Sequence record: PX068456.1
DNA: 64,000 nt
Reading direction: 5' to 3' (one strand)
Source of the DNA: a phage
Shown here: piece after piece, positions 47,259-56,578 of the stretch
Position numbering within the stretch: the first letter of the stretch is position 1
Layout: every line of letters starts with the position of its first letter
Translations under genes and position numbers: made by a program
The notes under the pieces: generated by a model
What the model saw: only the letters and a program-made list of their open reading frames with translations
Databases searched by the model: none
What the model was told of the DNA's origin: nothing

Positions 47259-47763
47259 TATAAGCGTCATTAAAGATAGCTTTATTGATGTAACAAACGA
47301 TATTGTACCTACAATACAATATATAGTTGAGGCACAAGGTTTAAACTTCATACGTGATAAAGTTAAGATTGTTTTTCATAACACTCCAGGTTTTGTAATA
47401 GTAGATTCAACAAAAACGATGTATCCTACAGATCTGATTACTTTAGACAAAAACTTAACACAAGAAGAAGTAGAAATTCTTAACCTCTATTGGTTAGGTT
47501 TTAAAAGATACGAGGATACAGCTTTATCCCGAATGTCAACTATTTTAGCTAATATTCTGGTTCGGAAAATTTCTAAAATATGGGATGAAGAAAACCCAGA
47601 TGAAATAGTTTTACACTTTGCTAAACCGGAAGATGGGGCATACGATATAGACACATCTGAAATGGCTTATGGGTTTATTATTTCTGGTAATGTCTTACAG
47701 ATGGAATCTTTATTGTATGTTGAGACAGTAAAACACAATAACAATTACGAGGAGGTTGTATGA
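47239..47763 (+). CDS. hypothetical protein
   Basis: 174-aa ORF after agaggag. Confidence 0.5.
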   Translation: MVLSRNNISVIKDSFIDVTNDIVPTIQYIVEAQGLNFIRDKVKIVFHNTPGFVIVDSTKTMYPTDLITLDKNLTQEEVEILNLYWLGFKRYEDTALSRMSTILANILVRKISKIWDEENPDEIVLHFAKPEDGAYDIDTSEMAYGFIISGNVLQMESLLYVETVKHNNNYEEVV

Positions 47764-48017
47764 AAGGTTTAGAGTTTAACTTTGTAGATGCGTGGGAAGG
47801 ATGGGATGAACTAGGGGTAGGGGATTTATGTTTTTATGATGTTACCTTGAAGGAAGAATACAAACATCTAGCTCCTAGTGAAGATTGCGATGTGATTCTA
47901 TCTATTCTATTAAGTCAGTCTATAGTGCAATTCGATTTCTTAAAAGGTAGTGAATGTATTGAAAGTAAAGCATTCCGTTTGGAAGTTTCTCTTGGTGAAG
48001 AAATTCCTGTAGAATAA
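47760..48017 (+). CDS. hypothetical protein
   Basis: 85-aa ORF. Confidence 0.45.
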   Translation: MKGLEFNFVDAWEGWDELGVGDLCFYDVTLKEEYKHLAPSEDCDVILSILLSQSIVQFDFLKGSECIESKAFRLEVSLGEEIPVE

Positions 48018-48018
48018 T

Positions 48019-48042
48019 ATAAACCCGCTTCGGCGGGTTTTT
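48019..48042 (+). terminator. rho-independent terminator
   Basis: aacccgcttcggcgggtt hairpin plus tttttg. Confidence 0.6.
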
Positions 48043-48043
48043 T

Positions 48044-48073
48044 GTTGACAACACTAGTTTTTTCGAATAAACT
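48044..48073 (+). promoter_or_regulatory. putative sigma70-like promoter
   Basis: TTGACA, 17-18-bp spacer, TAAACT. Confidence 0.35.
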
Positions 48074-48099
48074 ACACAAAAACAGAAGAGGAGATTAGC

Positions 48100-48513
48100 A
48101 TGTATTATAGTGACTATTTTGTAAACCCAACAAAAGAACAACTTCAATCAGCAGTGGATAAGATGCAGATTGTAGTTAAAGAATGTGAGAAAATAAGAAA
48201 ACAACTACAAGAAGAGACTGTTGTTGTTAGTAAATGGTTTGGTCTTAGAAAGAAGGTTGTTAGTAAACACAATATCATCCTTGAAAAAGCAAAAGCGACA
48301 GGAACTAGTTACGCCTTACAAGGCTTGTTGCTAAATTACATTGATATAGAACAACATTCTCTTCTGCACTGTTGGCTTCACAGTCCTAGTATTGAGGATC
48401 TCTTGTTTTGGTTATCGTGTGAATCTGTACTTTTAAATGAAAATGAGGCTTACCGTTTAAACTTCTGCCTTAAGGCAGAATTACCAGCTAGTGTTAAGGA
48501 GAAGAAGCAATAA
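48100..48513 (+). CDS. hypothetical protein
   Basis: 137-aa ORF after agaggagattagcATG. Confidence 0.5.
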   Translation: MYYSDYFVNPTKEQLQSAVDKMQIVVKECEKIRKQLQEETVVVSKWFGLRKKVVSKHNIILEKAKATGTSYALQGLLLNYIDIEQHSLLHCWLHSPSIEDLLFWLSCESVLLNENEAYRLNFCLKAELPASVKEKKQ

Positions 48514-49502
48514 TGAAAGTTTTAAGTCTTTTTGATGGTATGTCAGGAGGAATGCTTGCACTAAAAAGTGCAGGTATTGAAGTAGATAAGTATTATGCCT
48601 CAGAATTGGACAAATTTGCCATAGCTGAAAGCCAAGCCAATTTTCCAGACATTATTCAATTAGGGGATGTTACAAAATGGAGAGAATGGGATATCCCGTG
48701 GGGAGAAATTGATCTTTTGTTAGGTGGTAGCCCGTGCCAAGGCTTCTCTTCTTCTGGTAAGGGTTTGAACTTTCAAGATCCGCGATCTAAACTGTTCTTT
48801 GAATATGTTGAAATTCTTGAACATATTAAAAAGTTTAACCCTAATGTTAAGTTCATGCTTGAAAACGTTAAGATGAAGGTGGAGTGGGAAAACGTGATCA
48901 CAAGTTACTTAGGTGTTGATCCCGTATTCATTAACTCCGCAGATTTCACGGCACAGAATAGACAACGTTTATACTGGTGCAATTGGGAAATAAAGCCTTG
49001 GGATATTACCAATGAAGTGTTGCAAGATATCATTGAAGATGATAGTATCGTAGACAGAGATAAGGCTTATTGCATAGATGCAAATTATGCCAAAGGTGGT
49101 AATATAGAACAGTATTTTGAAAAGAGTCGCAGACAACTGGTTTTTTATCCAGCAGCAATATATGGGCGTAGAATTAATGAAAATGGCAAACGTAGTACAT
49201 CTAAAACTGATCGTTTGGTACATTGCTTGGAAGTTCAGGACAGTGAAAAAACTCGTTGCCTCACGACTGTGCCGAAAGACGTACTATTAGCTTACATTCC
49301 ACCTGGAAGATATCTGGATGCCTTTGAAAAATTGAGTGAAGGTGTGCATTATAGAAAGTTAACGGTTAAAGAGTGTTGCCGCTTACAAGGTGTTCCAGAT
49401 GATTACTTTAAAGTGAGTAGTAACACACAAGCATATAAGATGTTAGGTAATGGTTGGACTATACCTGTCATTGCACATATTCTTAAGTGTATGGAGGAAT
49501 GA
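48513..49502 (+). CDS. DNA (cytosine-5) methyltransferase
   Basis: motif I FDGMSGG, motif IV GGSPCQGFS, motif VI ENV. Confidence 0.9.
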   Translation: MKVLSLFDGMSGGMLALKSAGIEVDKYYASELDKFAIAESQANFPDIIQLGDVTKWREWDIPWGEIDLLLGGSPCQGFSSSGKGLNFQDPRSKLFFEYVEILEHIKKFNPNVKFMLENVKMKVEWENVITSYLGVDPVFINSADFTAQNRQRLYWCNWEIKPWDITNEVLQDIIEDDSIVDRDKAYCIDANYAKGGNIEQYFEKSRRQLVFYPAAIYGRRINENGKRSTSKTDRLVHCLEVQDSEKTRCLTTVPKDVLLAYIPPGRYLDAFEKLSEGVHYRKLTVKECCRLQGVPDDYFKVSSNTQAYKMLGNGWTIPVIAHILKCMEE

Positions 49503-49625
49503 TGGAAACATTGTGGAAAGGCTGGAAGACTGCTCTGATAGCTTTTATAATTCCATTAACTTTTCTTGGTTGGTGTTTTTGGGAATTTATCTTTTGGTTA
49601 ATTTCCCATATACATTGGGGGTAAC

Positions 49626-50237
49626 ATGACTCAAAAAGTTGCATATCAAGTAGATCGTGAAGATGGTGAAGGTAGTGTTGTAGTTTTTGATACACATGGT
49701 CTTGCAGCAAGACGCAAAGGCGCTTGTATGCTGGACATTGGTGGTGAAGATGAATACTGCACTGTACGTAGAGTAAAAGAATTTGATCAATACGCTGAAA
49801 AAGGTTTTGTACCTGCGAAAGCACTATTAGAAGCTGGATGGTGGATACCTAGCGCACATGATTATGATATTTTGGAATCAGATACAGACGATTTTAATAG
49901 TGAGAATTTTGTTTTTTCTCTGGATGAAAAATGCGTTTGGAAAGATTGGGATGAAATGGAACGCCATGCTTATTTTATAAACGAAGCATTAGATCGTAAA
50001 ACTTGGTTTGAAAATACAGTTAAAGCCGCGTATCCTCAATTTACTTTTACAGAGTTTTGGGGTGGCCCACACCATATTACCCATGTAGCATACTTCGAGT
50101 TCCCAGGTTCACGCTATAAAGGTACTGTCTATTGGGATTGGGAAGAGGACAAAGAACCTTCTGCTCAAGACTTCCGTTGCTATGTTTGTCAAGGTGATCA
50201 AGAAGACCTTGACAACTACCTTAAAAGTCTGGTATAA
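49626..50237 (+). CDS. hypothetical protein
   Basis: 203-aa ORF. Confidence 0.5.
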   Translation: MTQKVAYQVDREDGEGSVVVFDTHGLAARRKGACMLDIGGEDEYCTVRRVKEFDQYAEKGFVPAKALLEAGWWIPSAHDYDILESDTDDFNSENFVFSLDEKCVWKDWDEMERHAYFINEALDRKTWFENTVKAAYPQFTFTEFWGGPHHITHVAYFEFPGSRYKGTVYWDWEEDKEPSAQDFRCYVCQGDQEDLDNYLKSLV

Positions 50238-50253
50238 TCCGTAAAACTTAACC

Positions 50254-50279
50254 AAAGCCCCCAACCAGGGGCTTTATTT
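50254..50279 (+). terminator. rho-independent terminator
   Basis: agcccccaaccaggggct hairpin plus ttattt. Confidence 0.55.
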
Positions 50280-50292
50280 GTCTGGAGGATAT

Positions 50293-50847
50293 ATGGGTTT
50301 TGATGATATGTTATTATATGAGGAGGCTTGTGTGAAAGAAGCTATGGCTTTACCAGTTTTATCTATTGATATTACAACAGTAGACACTTTTTCAGATTGT
50401 GAAACGTGTGGATCGTATTCATCTATTGTACATGAAGTCAGTGGGGATTTAGGCACTTACGAAGATGGAGATTATGCAAGTTGTTTAGGTGATAATCGAG
50501 ATGGTGAAGTGGCGAATGTTGCAAACTGGATTGCTTCTAAGTTAAAAGAAAGAAATCGTCCGTTCCCTAATCTTCTTACACCAGAAGCTATGCTTAAAGC
50601 TGAAGAAGAGATGTATGATTATGGTGATAAAGTAGCTCATGATTACAATGATCCTAATTATAAAAAATTGAGTGATAAGTATTGGGAACTAGCTAATGCT
50701 TATGATAAATACTACTCTACAGAAAACATTGTTAAATTGTTTTTAGATTTTGGAGTAGAAATTAATTGGGATTTCGAAGAGGAAGAGCGTTACGACGCAT
50801 CTTCTTGGGATGATGATTACGAAGAGGATATTGAATGCGAAGAGTAA
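50293..50847 (+). CDS. highly acidic hypothetical protein
   Basis: start at the ATG after ggagga; Asp/Glu-rich throughout. Confidence 0.5.
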   Translation: MGFDDMLLYEEACVKEAMALPVLSIDITTVDTFSDCETCGSYSSIVHEVSGDLGTYEDGDYASCLGDNRDGEVANVANWIASKLKERNRPFPNLLTPEAMLKAEEEMYDYGDKVAHDYNDPNYKKLSDKYWELANAYDKYYSTENIVKLFLDFGVEINWDFEEEERYDASSWDDDYEEDIECEE

Positions 50848-51647
50848 TTTTTGTCAGTGGTGCAGGTTTAAGTGCAGACAGTGGGATTCGAACATTCCGA
50901 ACAGACACAGATAGTGGTCGTGCTTTATGGGAAGAATATGATTTAGAAGAGGTCTGCGATATTGGAGCTTTCCAAGCAGGTTATCGTGTGAGAACATCTC
51001 CAGATCTTCCAGTGGTTGGTGGTGTAGACGAAAACGGTATGGATTTGTATGCCAAAACACACGAATTTTATAACAAAAGACGTGTTGAGCTTAAAGATGT
51101 ACAACCTAATGCTGCACATATTCAAATAGCAAAGTGGTTTAAGGAATATCCTAACCAAGTAGTAAACTTGACAACAAACGTTGATGATCTACTAGAGCGA
51201 GCAGGTGTAGACAGAGATTCGGTTATTCACGTGCACGGATATCTTCCTGAAGTAGTTTACCGTATGCACCCTGGGGATTACAAAACACTGGTAGATATTG
51301 GTTACAACAGTATAAACATAGATGATTATAACTGGGTGAAGCCTAATGTTGTATTTTTTGGTGAGGCTGCACCTTTGTATGCAGATATGGCTCACTTGTT
51401 TGATACTTTGACCATGCAAGATTTGGTTGTTGTAGTAGGATGTTCAAACCAAGTTATCAATTTTAATTGGGAATTATTCCCTGCACTTAATATGGGTACA
51501 AAAATGATTGTTGTTAACCCAGGAATTAATTACGAAGAAACTCTTCTTTACGAAGATAGAGGAGTCTTTGTTTATCGAGAAAAAGCCGCAGATGCTTTTA
51601 GCAATCCTGCTTTCATAAAAATGATAGAAGATCATTTGACTAAATAA
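50835..51647 (+). CDS. Sir2-family protein (sirtuin-like NAD-dependent deacylase / ADP-ribosyltransferase)
   Basis: N-terminal VIFVSGAGLSADSGIRTFR motif, TTNVDDL and catalytic-His HG (IHVHGYL) motifs. Confidence 0.75.
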   Translation: MRRVIFVSGAGLSADSGIRTFRTDTDSGRALWEEYDLEEVCDIGAFQAGYRVRTSPDLPVVGGVDENGMDLYAKTHEFYNKRRVELKDVQPNAAHIQIAKWFKEYPNQVVNLTTNVDDLLERAGVDRDSVIHVHGYLPEVVYRMHPGDYKTLVDIGYNSINIDDYNWVKPNVVFFGEAAPLYADMAHLFDTLTMQDLVVVVGCSNQVINFNWELFPALNMGTKMIVVNPGINYEETLLYEDRGVFVYREKAADAFSNPAFIKMIEDHLTK

Positions 51648-51654
51648 CTTAACC

Positions 51655-51678
51655 AAGGGGGCGAAAGCCCCTTTTCTT
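51655..51678 (+). terminator. rho-independent terminator
   Basis: gggggcgaaagcccc hairpin plus ttttctt. Confidence 0.6.
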
Positions 51679-51691
51679 ATAGGAGAATATT

Positions 51692-51949
51692 ATGACCACA
51701 GAACAAATCGTTAAAGACCATTTTATGATGCACTACGTTTATTACTTCAATAACAATCAACAGAAAGGTGAGGGATTTTGTTATCTATCCGCACAACAAG
51801 GTTTTGGTATCCGTCAAGCAGATATTAACGGGGCAGTGGCTGGGATTACAAAAGGCTTGGTTGAAAACCTTAAAGATAATGTTGTTGTTGTCCCAACGTG
51901 CATCTCTTATCTCTCAACCTGCCCTGAAGAAGATTTTATGCATTCTTAA
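51692..51949 (+). CDS. hypothetical protein
   Basis: 85-aa ORF, last plus-strand gene before the strand switch. Confidence 0.5.
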   Translation: MTTEQIVKDHFMMHYVYYFNNNQQKGEGFCYLSAQQGFGIRQADINGAVAGITKGLVENLKDNVVVVPTCISYLSTCPEEDFMHS

Positions 51950-52016
51950 AACCTCCTGTAACGCATTCTAACGAACTTTTTATTTTAGTAATACGTTTCC
52001 CTACCTAATGCAAACA

Positions 52017-52046
52017 AAAGCCCCTAGAAGCGATTCTAGGGGCTTT
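52017..52046. terminator. bidirectional terminator at the convergent junction
   Basis: aaagcccctagaagcgattctaggggcttt hairpin with A/T runs on both sides. Confidence 0.6.
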
Positions 52047-52124
52047 ATTTTAGTCTTCTGTAAAATATCCTATGACAATAATGATAAAGATGATTAACAC
52101 TACAATACTCTCTAGTAAAGTCAT

Positions 52125-52346
52125 CTATAGCTCTCGTTCATATAGTTCAATTATCAATTCATCCTCTGCTGTTATTGTACCAATTTGCCAAGTGTGAAGA
52201 TAAACCTCTGTATAAGAGTGTATCTTACTATCTAACAAGCACAGCCACGTATTGTTGCTTACCTTTTCTTGAATATGAACCTTAACCACGAAAGGGTGAG
52301 GGTTATCTACTAAGAAACCAATACTACCTTCTACAACTACAGACAT
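52125..52346 (-). CDS. hypothetical protein
   Basis: 73-aa ORF. Confidence 0.45.
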   Translation of the reverse strand: MSVVVEGSIGFLVDNPHPFVVKVHIQEKVSNNTWLCLLDSKIHSYTEVYLHTWQIGTITAEDELIIELYEREL

Positions 52347-52405
52347 AATACCTCCTATTGTTTATGGTAAAAGTGTTTATAACAGATAAAGAGCGTATAT
52401 ACAAG

Positions 52406-52427
52406 AAAACCCGCCGGAGCGGGTTTA
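52406..52427 (-). terminator. rho-independent terminator
   Basis: aacccgccggagcgggtt hairpin followed on the minus strand by a T run. Confidence 0.5.
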
Positions 52428-52431
52428 TGTG

Positions 52432-52755
52432 TTATACAATGTGTTTTGTTTTAACGTGCGAAGATTTAAAAATCTTATTATGTAATGCAATACAGTTATC
52501 ACGGAACACATAGTAGTTAACAACATCTGGTTTATCAACACAGAGTGTAGCCACGACTTTCATAGGTACAGATACATTCTCACGAATAGTAACACTACCT
52601 TTCAAACGTTCAGATGAAATGTGAATCAAACCTTCTTTTTCATCAATGATAACTTCTTTAACATTTTTGAAATTATAACAAGAGTTATCAACATAAGATA
52701 CCCTTGCTTTTGTTTGCTTCTGTTTAGGACGAGAACCAGTGTTTATTTTTTGCAT
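52432..52755 (-). CDS. hypothetical protein
   Basis: 107-aa ORF. Confidence 0.5.
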   Translation of the reverse strand: MQKINTGSRPKQKQTKARVSYVDNSCYNFKNVKEVIIDEKEGLIHISSERLKGSVTIRENVSVPMKVVATLCVDKPDVVNYYVFRDNCIALHNKIFKSSHVKTKHIV

Positions 52756-52763
52756 AGTTTTCC

Positions 52764-53051
52764 TTATTTGCTTTCACGAGCAAAATAATAATTTTCATAT
52801 TCATTACGTGTAACGATTTCTGGATGATCAGGTTCACCGTAACTAAGTTTAACTTCAGGATACACTTTGGTGTTGAACAGACACGTAACGCCTCTCATAT
52901 AATATCCTGTAGGACTTAAAACAACATCATCTTCACTTACACTTGAGAATTTTATCTCACCATTAGTATCTTTGACGACAATAAGAGCATGTTCAGGCCA
53001 ATCAAGATTCTCTTCTTTTAGTTTTTCATAAACTTCTTGTACTAGTTCCAT
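52764..53051 (-). CDS. hypothetical protein
   Basis: 95-aa ORF with ggagg site. Confidence 0.5.
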   Translation of the reverse strand: MELVQEVYEKLKEENLDWPEHALIVVKDTNGEIKFSSVSEDDVVLSPTGYYMRGVTCLFNTKVYPEVKLSYGEPDHPEIVTRNEYENYYFARESK

Positions 53052-53060
53052 ATTGCCTCC

Positions 53061-53234
53061 TCAGATTACAAATTTTTCTTCTTCTGGTTTCTCGTAGTTG
53101 GGAGAATAAACGTGGGATGGATTAAAACCTTTAAAGCTACCTCGCCCTTTTCTTGGACAATTGAACGTCTTAGCTTGGTGATCACCAAAAGATTTACCAC
53201 AATGTACACATTTATAATTGGTATCTTTGAACAT
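53061..53234 (-). CDS. small Cys/His-containing protein (57 aa), preferred over the track ORF 53066..53263
   Basis: aaggagagtaaaATG; translates MFKDTNYKCVHCGKSFGDH... Confidence 0.45.
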   Translation of the reverse strand: MFKDTNYKCVHCGKSFGDHQAKTFNCPRKGRGSFKGFNPSHVYSPNYEKPEEEKFVI

Positions 53235-53285
53235 TTTACTCTCCTTTGAAAGATAGGCTGCACAATAGTACAGCCTTTTATAAAA

Positions 53286-53390
53286 TTAGTGTTTAAATTT
53301 TTCGATTACTTCGTCAACTTTAGCGATGATAACATCCTGATACTTGTGACCAAAATAACCAACAACAACACCAACAATAAACGTCATCAT
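53286..53390 (-). CDS. tiny hydrophobic peptide (34 aa)
   Basis: aaaggagaag then ATG; single predicted transmembrane helix. Confidence 0.3.
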   Translation of the reverse strand: MMTFIVGVVVGYFGHKYQDVIIAKVDEVIEKFKH

Positions 53391-53990
53391 TTACTTCTCC
53401 TTTTTAACTATAATGGCTTCTTCATTCAGAGTAAACAGCAAGGAAGATGTATCACCAACACACCTTGCACCTGGAATGAGTTCTAAAATTTTAGAGGATA
53501 TAGCAATAGTAGTGTCATCCAGTACGTATTCTCCAGGTAACAATCTTAATGTTATTGGAAAATCTACAGATGCCAAACCAGAGAACATCCCATCATTCAG
53601 AAGAATAACTTCTAAACTGCTATCTTCTTGTTGTGCATTATGCACTTTTTCAGGTAAGAAGTCAATACATTGATTTAAAATTTCTACATCTAATTCTACA
53701 CCAGTCCTAGCCTTATAAACTCTAGCCAAATCTATGATCCGAGAATCAATGCTGGCGTAAGGAGATTCCAAGTGTTTTGGGTCAATAGGAGCAACGCGCA
53801 ATTTACCATCGAGAGATATCCACGTTACAATCCACATTTCACCAACTCTAGGTTGATCTCGCGCAGTAAGGAATTCTACCAATGCTCCAGGATTAGGCAT
53901 TATGTAATCTTGTGTGATCAACATGTTCTTTACTCGCAAAAGCATTCCTGGCTTTAGCAAGCCCTTCTCACCACTCCAATATTCTTTCAT
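53391..53990 (-). CDS. hypothetical protein
   Basis: 199-aa ORF. Confidence 0.55.
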   Translation of the reverse strand: MKEYWSGEKGLLKPGMLLRVKNMLITQDYIMPNPGALVEFLTARDQPRVGEMWIVTWISLDGKLRVAPIDPKHLESPYASIDSRIIDLARVYKARTGVELDVEILNQCIDFLPEKVHNAQQEDSSLEVILLNDGMFSGLASVDFPITLRLLPGEYVLDDTTIAISSKILELIPGARCVGDTSSLLFTLNEEAIIVKKEK

Positions 53991-54004
53991 TTTTACTCCT
54001 GATT

Positions 54005-54277
54005 TTAATGTCGTAGTTCACTAAACTTACAAACAAAGTGAACGTTAAGAAAAGTTAGTTTTCGATCTGGTGTAAACTCTGTTACTGTTTTATACACCTG
54101 TGCAATACCGAACCTGTTGACAGCAGGTACTGACAACTGACTTATACACTTCATAGCTGATAGTTTTGCCTCTTCTTCAGATGCAAAATAAGTAAACATA
54201 CCTTCTTCGTCAACTATAATTTCTTGTGTAACACAATCTACAAAACAAAAGAAAACATTAGGTAAGTTTTCCGACAT
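54005..54277 (-). CDS. hypothetical protein
   Basis: 90-aa ORF. Confidence 0.5.
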   Translation of the reverse strand: MSENLPNVFFCFVDCVTQEIIVDEEGMFTYFASEEEAKLSAMKCISQLSVPAVNRFGIAQVYKTVTEFTPDRKLTFLNVHFVCKFSELRH

Positions 54278-54278
54278 A

Positions 54279-54491
54279 TTAGTTGTTCCTGTACTTAGAG
54301 AACAAAGTATTGATTAACCAATCAGCAAACAGTAGTCCGAGTGTACCAATACCGTAACCGATAAGCATAATGTAAGGCACTGCCTTATTTTCATTACCTG
54401 TCATCACTTCAGGAAAAATCAAAAATACAATACCGTTACCAACGATAATCAAGAACATAAGAAACACAAAAACACGAAGCAACATCCCCAT
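54279..54491 (-). CDS. small membrane protein
   Basis: 70 aa, two hydrophobic helices. Confidence 0.5.
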   Translation of the reverse strand: MGMLLRVFVFLMFLIIVGNGIVFLIFPEVMTGNENKAVPYIMLIGYGIGTLGLLFADWLINTLFSKYRNN

Positions 54492-54492
54492 A

Positions 54493-54675
54493 TTATTCTT
54501 CCTCCTTCACTTCTTCAACTTTACGAAGCATACGTTTATCAAATGTAGCTTTCTGTAGTTGCTCATTAACATCAAACCACACTACTTCGCAAGTATCGTA
54601 AGTAGATACCATTACAGTCATTAACATTTCTTCGCTGGCAAGACGTACAATATCACCTGTTTTAATATTTACCAT
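54493..54675 (-). CDS. hypothetical protein
   Basis: 60-aa ORF. Confidence 0.45.
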   Translation of the reverse strand: MVNIKTGDIVRLASEEMLMTVMVSTYDTCEVVWFDVNEQLQKATFDKRMLRKVEEVKEEE

Positions 54676-55079
54676 AACTCCTCCAGAAGTTTACCAAGTT
54701 TAGTTTTAAATTCATTATCCCACGCTATGCTAACTATGTCAAGATCACCTTGTGAATTACGTTTTGTCTCTAAATAGTAACCACCACACCCATAGCGGTG
54801 TTTTATATGCTCGATCAGACGTTCTTTATCACTCTTAGATAAATAATCATCAAACTCCCCATTGAAAAGATCTAAGATTGTTTGTCTATTATCTCCTAAT
54901 TGAGTGATTCTAAAGCTAATCAGACACCCCTGTAAACCTATATCTGTTTGTTTAAGAGAAAACCCATGACCAAAGCCGCCTGTAACTATAACAAGCGGTT
55001 TTCCTGTGATAGAGCTTTTAATAACATCTTGCTTAGGTTCTGCCAAAGATGTTAGAAACCCTTTTAACCATTTGAACAT
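54669..55079 (-). CDS. hypothetical protein
   Basis: 136-aa ORF. Confidence 0.5.
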   Translation of the reverse strand: MFKWLKGFLTSLAEPKQDVIKSSITGKPLVIVTGGFGHGFSLKQTDIGLQGCLISFRITQLGDNRQTILDLFNGEFDDYLSKSDKERLIEHIKHRYGCGGYYLETKRNSQGDLDIVSIAWDNEFKTKLGKLLEELW

Positions 55080-55184
55080 AAACCCTCCTGTGTGGCGTGG
55101 CTTTGCCTAAGCGCCGAAGGCGCGGATCAAATATAAGCTGAATTTATTACGCCCAGGTAGCCAGGGCGCATAAATATCAGAAAT

Positions 55185-55433
55185 TTACCATCGAATAACT
55201 ATTCGAGTAAAGTTTTCATCGTAATGAGATGTTTCTGTATCAATAAAAGTTGAAAAACCTTCAGCATCCAAGTTAACTTTTACAAAAGTTGGATAAAGCG
55301 TGTAGATAGCAACTTCTCTGTCTCCATCTTTAGCTGCTCTCTCAATATACGAGTAGATATTTTGTAGACTATCCTTTGCTTTGTTAAGTTCTGCGTTTTC
55401 TGCCAGTTCTCTCATTTTATCTGCTACAGTCAT
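55185..55433 (-). CDS. hypothetical protein
   Basis: 82-aa ORF. Confidence 0.5.
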   Translation of the reverse strand: MTVADKMRELAENAELNKAKDSLQNIYSYIERAAKDGDREVAIYTLYPTFVKVNLDAEGFSTFIDTETSHYDENFTRIVIRW

Positions 55434-55702
55434 TTGTCAGTATCCTTTTCAATAAAGCCTGTGGTTTTACAAGGCACACATTCATACATTTGTCCAACAT
55501 CTGCAACCACCCAACCCATGCCACTGCAATAAGGACAGATTGTTTTGTTCTCTTTAGCATACACAGCCAGAAGTCTTTCTTCTAGCTTATTGTAATCGGC
55601 AAGAAGAACATAATCTCCTTCTGGATCTGGTACAATATCACATTGACCAGCAGCACCTTGACTGTACACCTCTAAGCCATATCGTGTAACCATTATTCCC
55701 AC
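55430..55702 (-). CDS. hypothetical protein, CDIVxDPxG family paralog A
   Basis: 90 aa; shares a CDIVPDPEGDYVLLADYNKL block with 60197..60421. Confidence 0.5.
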   Translation of the reverse strand: MGIMVTRYGLEVYSQGAAGQCDIVPDPEGDYVLLADYNKLEERLLAVYAKENKTICPYCSGMGWVVADVGQMYECVPCKTTGFIEKDTDK

Positions 55703-55911
55703 TCCGCAATTAGTTTTGGATTTTCTGCACGAGAATAGAACGTTGTAATGTCACCGTAAGTATAATCTTGTTCCGACAGTTTTACAAGAGAGATCATTTC
55801 ACGATCTGGAGTACCAGAGATCCAATCAAACACAGCAACACCACGGGGTGTTACATAGAAACCAGATGTATTACCCGTAAACTTATCTTTTGCTTTATAT
55901 AATTTGTACAC
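55693..55911 (-). CDS. hypothetical protein
   Basis: 72-aa ORF. Confidence 0.45.
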   Translation of the reverse strand: MYKLYKAKDKFTGNTSGFYVTPRGVAVFDWISGTPDREMISLVKLSEQDYTYGDITTFYSRAENPKLIAEWE

Positions 55912-56118
55912 TTTCTACTCCTCATAGATAAAATCTATTAAAAACCTACTATCAATCGGTACAAACAGTTTTACTTTTCGTAAAAAACATGCTACCCTAA
56001 TCTTATATACCGAGCGATAGCGAGGTAGAGAATATTCCATGTTATACATGGAAAGAGTATATGTAATGTTACTAACTCTATAACTAACTATATACTCTTT
56101 ATATCTTACTTACTACTC

Positions 56119-56382
56119 TTATTGAAGTTCAAAGATATCCCCATCTCCATCATATCCATACTCTAACTCTCCTGTATCATATAATACAATAAAGTCTGTA
56201 TCATCTTCAATAAAAGATTTAGCATAATCTACTAACTCTTCATTATCTTCATAACCTTCCAGGTACTCAATACGACCATTGATACACTTAGCTGCAACAA
56301 TTCCTGGGCCATTGCTTGGAGTCCACTCACTGTATACTCGCATGCCTAATTCTTTAATCATTGTTTGTCTCCTCATAATCAA
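56119..56382 (-). CDS. hypothetical acidic protein
   Basis: 87-aa ORF. Confidence 0.5.
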   Translation of the reverse strand: MIMRRQTMIKELGMRVYSEWTPSNGPGIVAAKCINGRIEYLEGYEDNEELVDYAKSFIEDDTDFIVLYDTGELEYGYDGDGDIFELQ

Positions 56383-56578
56383 CGTAATTGTAACACTTAT
56401 TCTTTAAGAAATCTTCTGCTTGTTTATTATGTTTTAGAATGGTGCACTTCTCTATGTTATGTTCTACATTGTTGTGTAGATTGTATAAGTTAGCTGCACC
56501 ATACAGAATACCAATTAACAAAAGCAAAAAGATTGCTGTTGATAACAAAAATTGTTGCAACTTGTTTACAGACTTCAT
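56354..56578 (-). CDS. small membrane-anchored protein, paralog of 60431..60649
   Basis: N-terminal transmembrane helix then KCTILKHNKQAEDFLKNKCYNYVDYE, cf. QCIVFKHQRDAEKFLALDCNRYVSYQ. Confidence 0.5.
   Translation of the reverse strand: MKSVNKLQQFLLSTAIFLLLLIGILYGAANLYNLHNNVEHNIEKCTILKHNKQAEDFLKNKCYNYVDYEETNND

Noticed and set aside
53066-53263. Track ORF 53066..53263 (65 aa) and plus ORF 56552..56785
   Set aside because: Alternative-frame or opposite-strand ORFs at the same loci (53061..53234 and 56632..56805) have proper ribosome-binding sites and fit the gene packing better.
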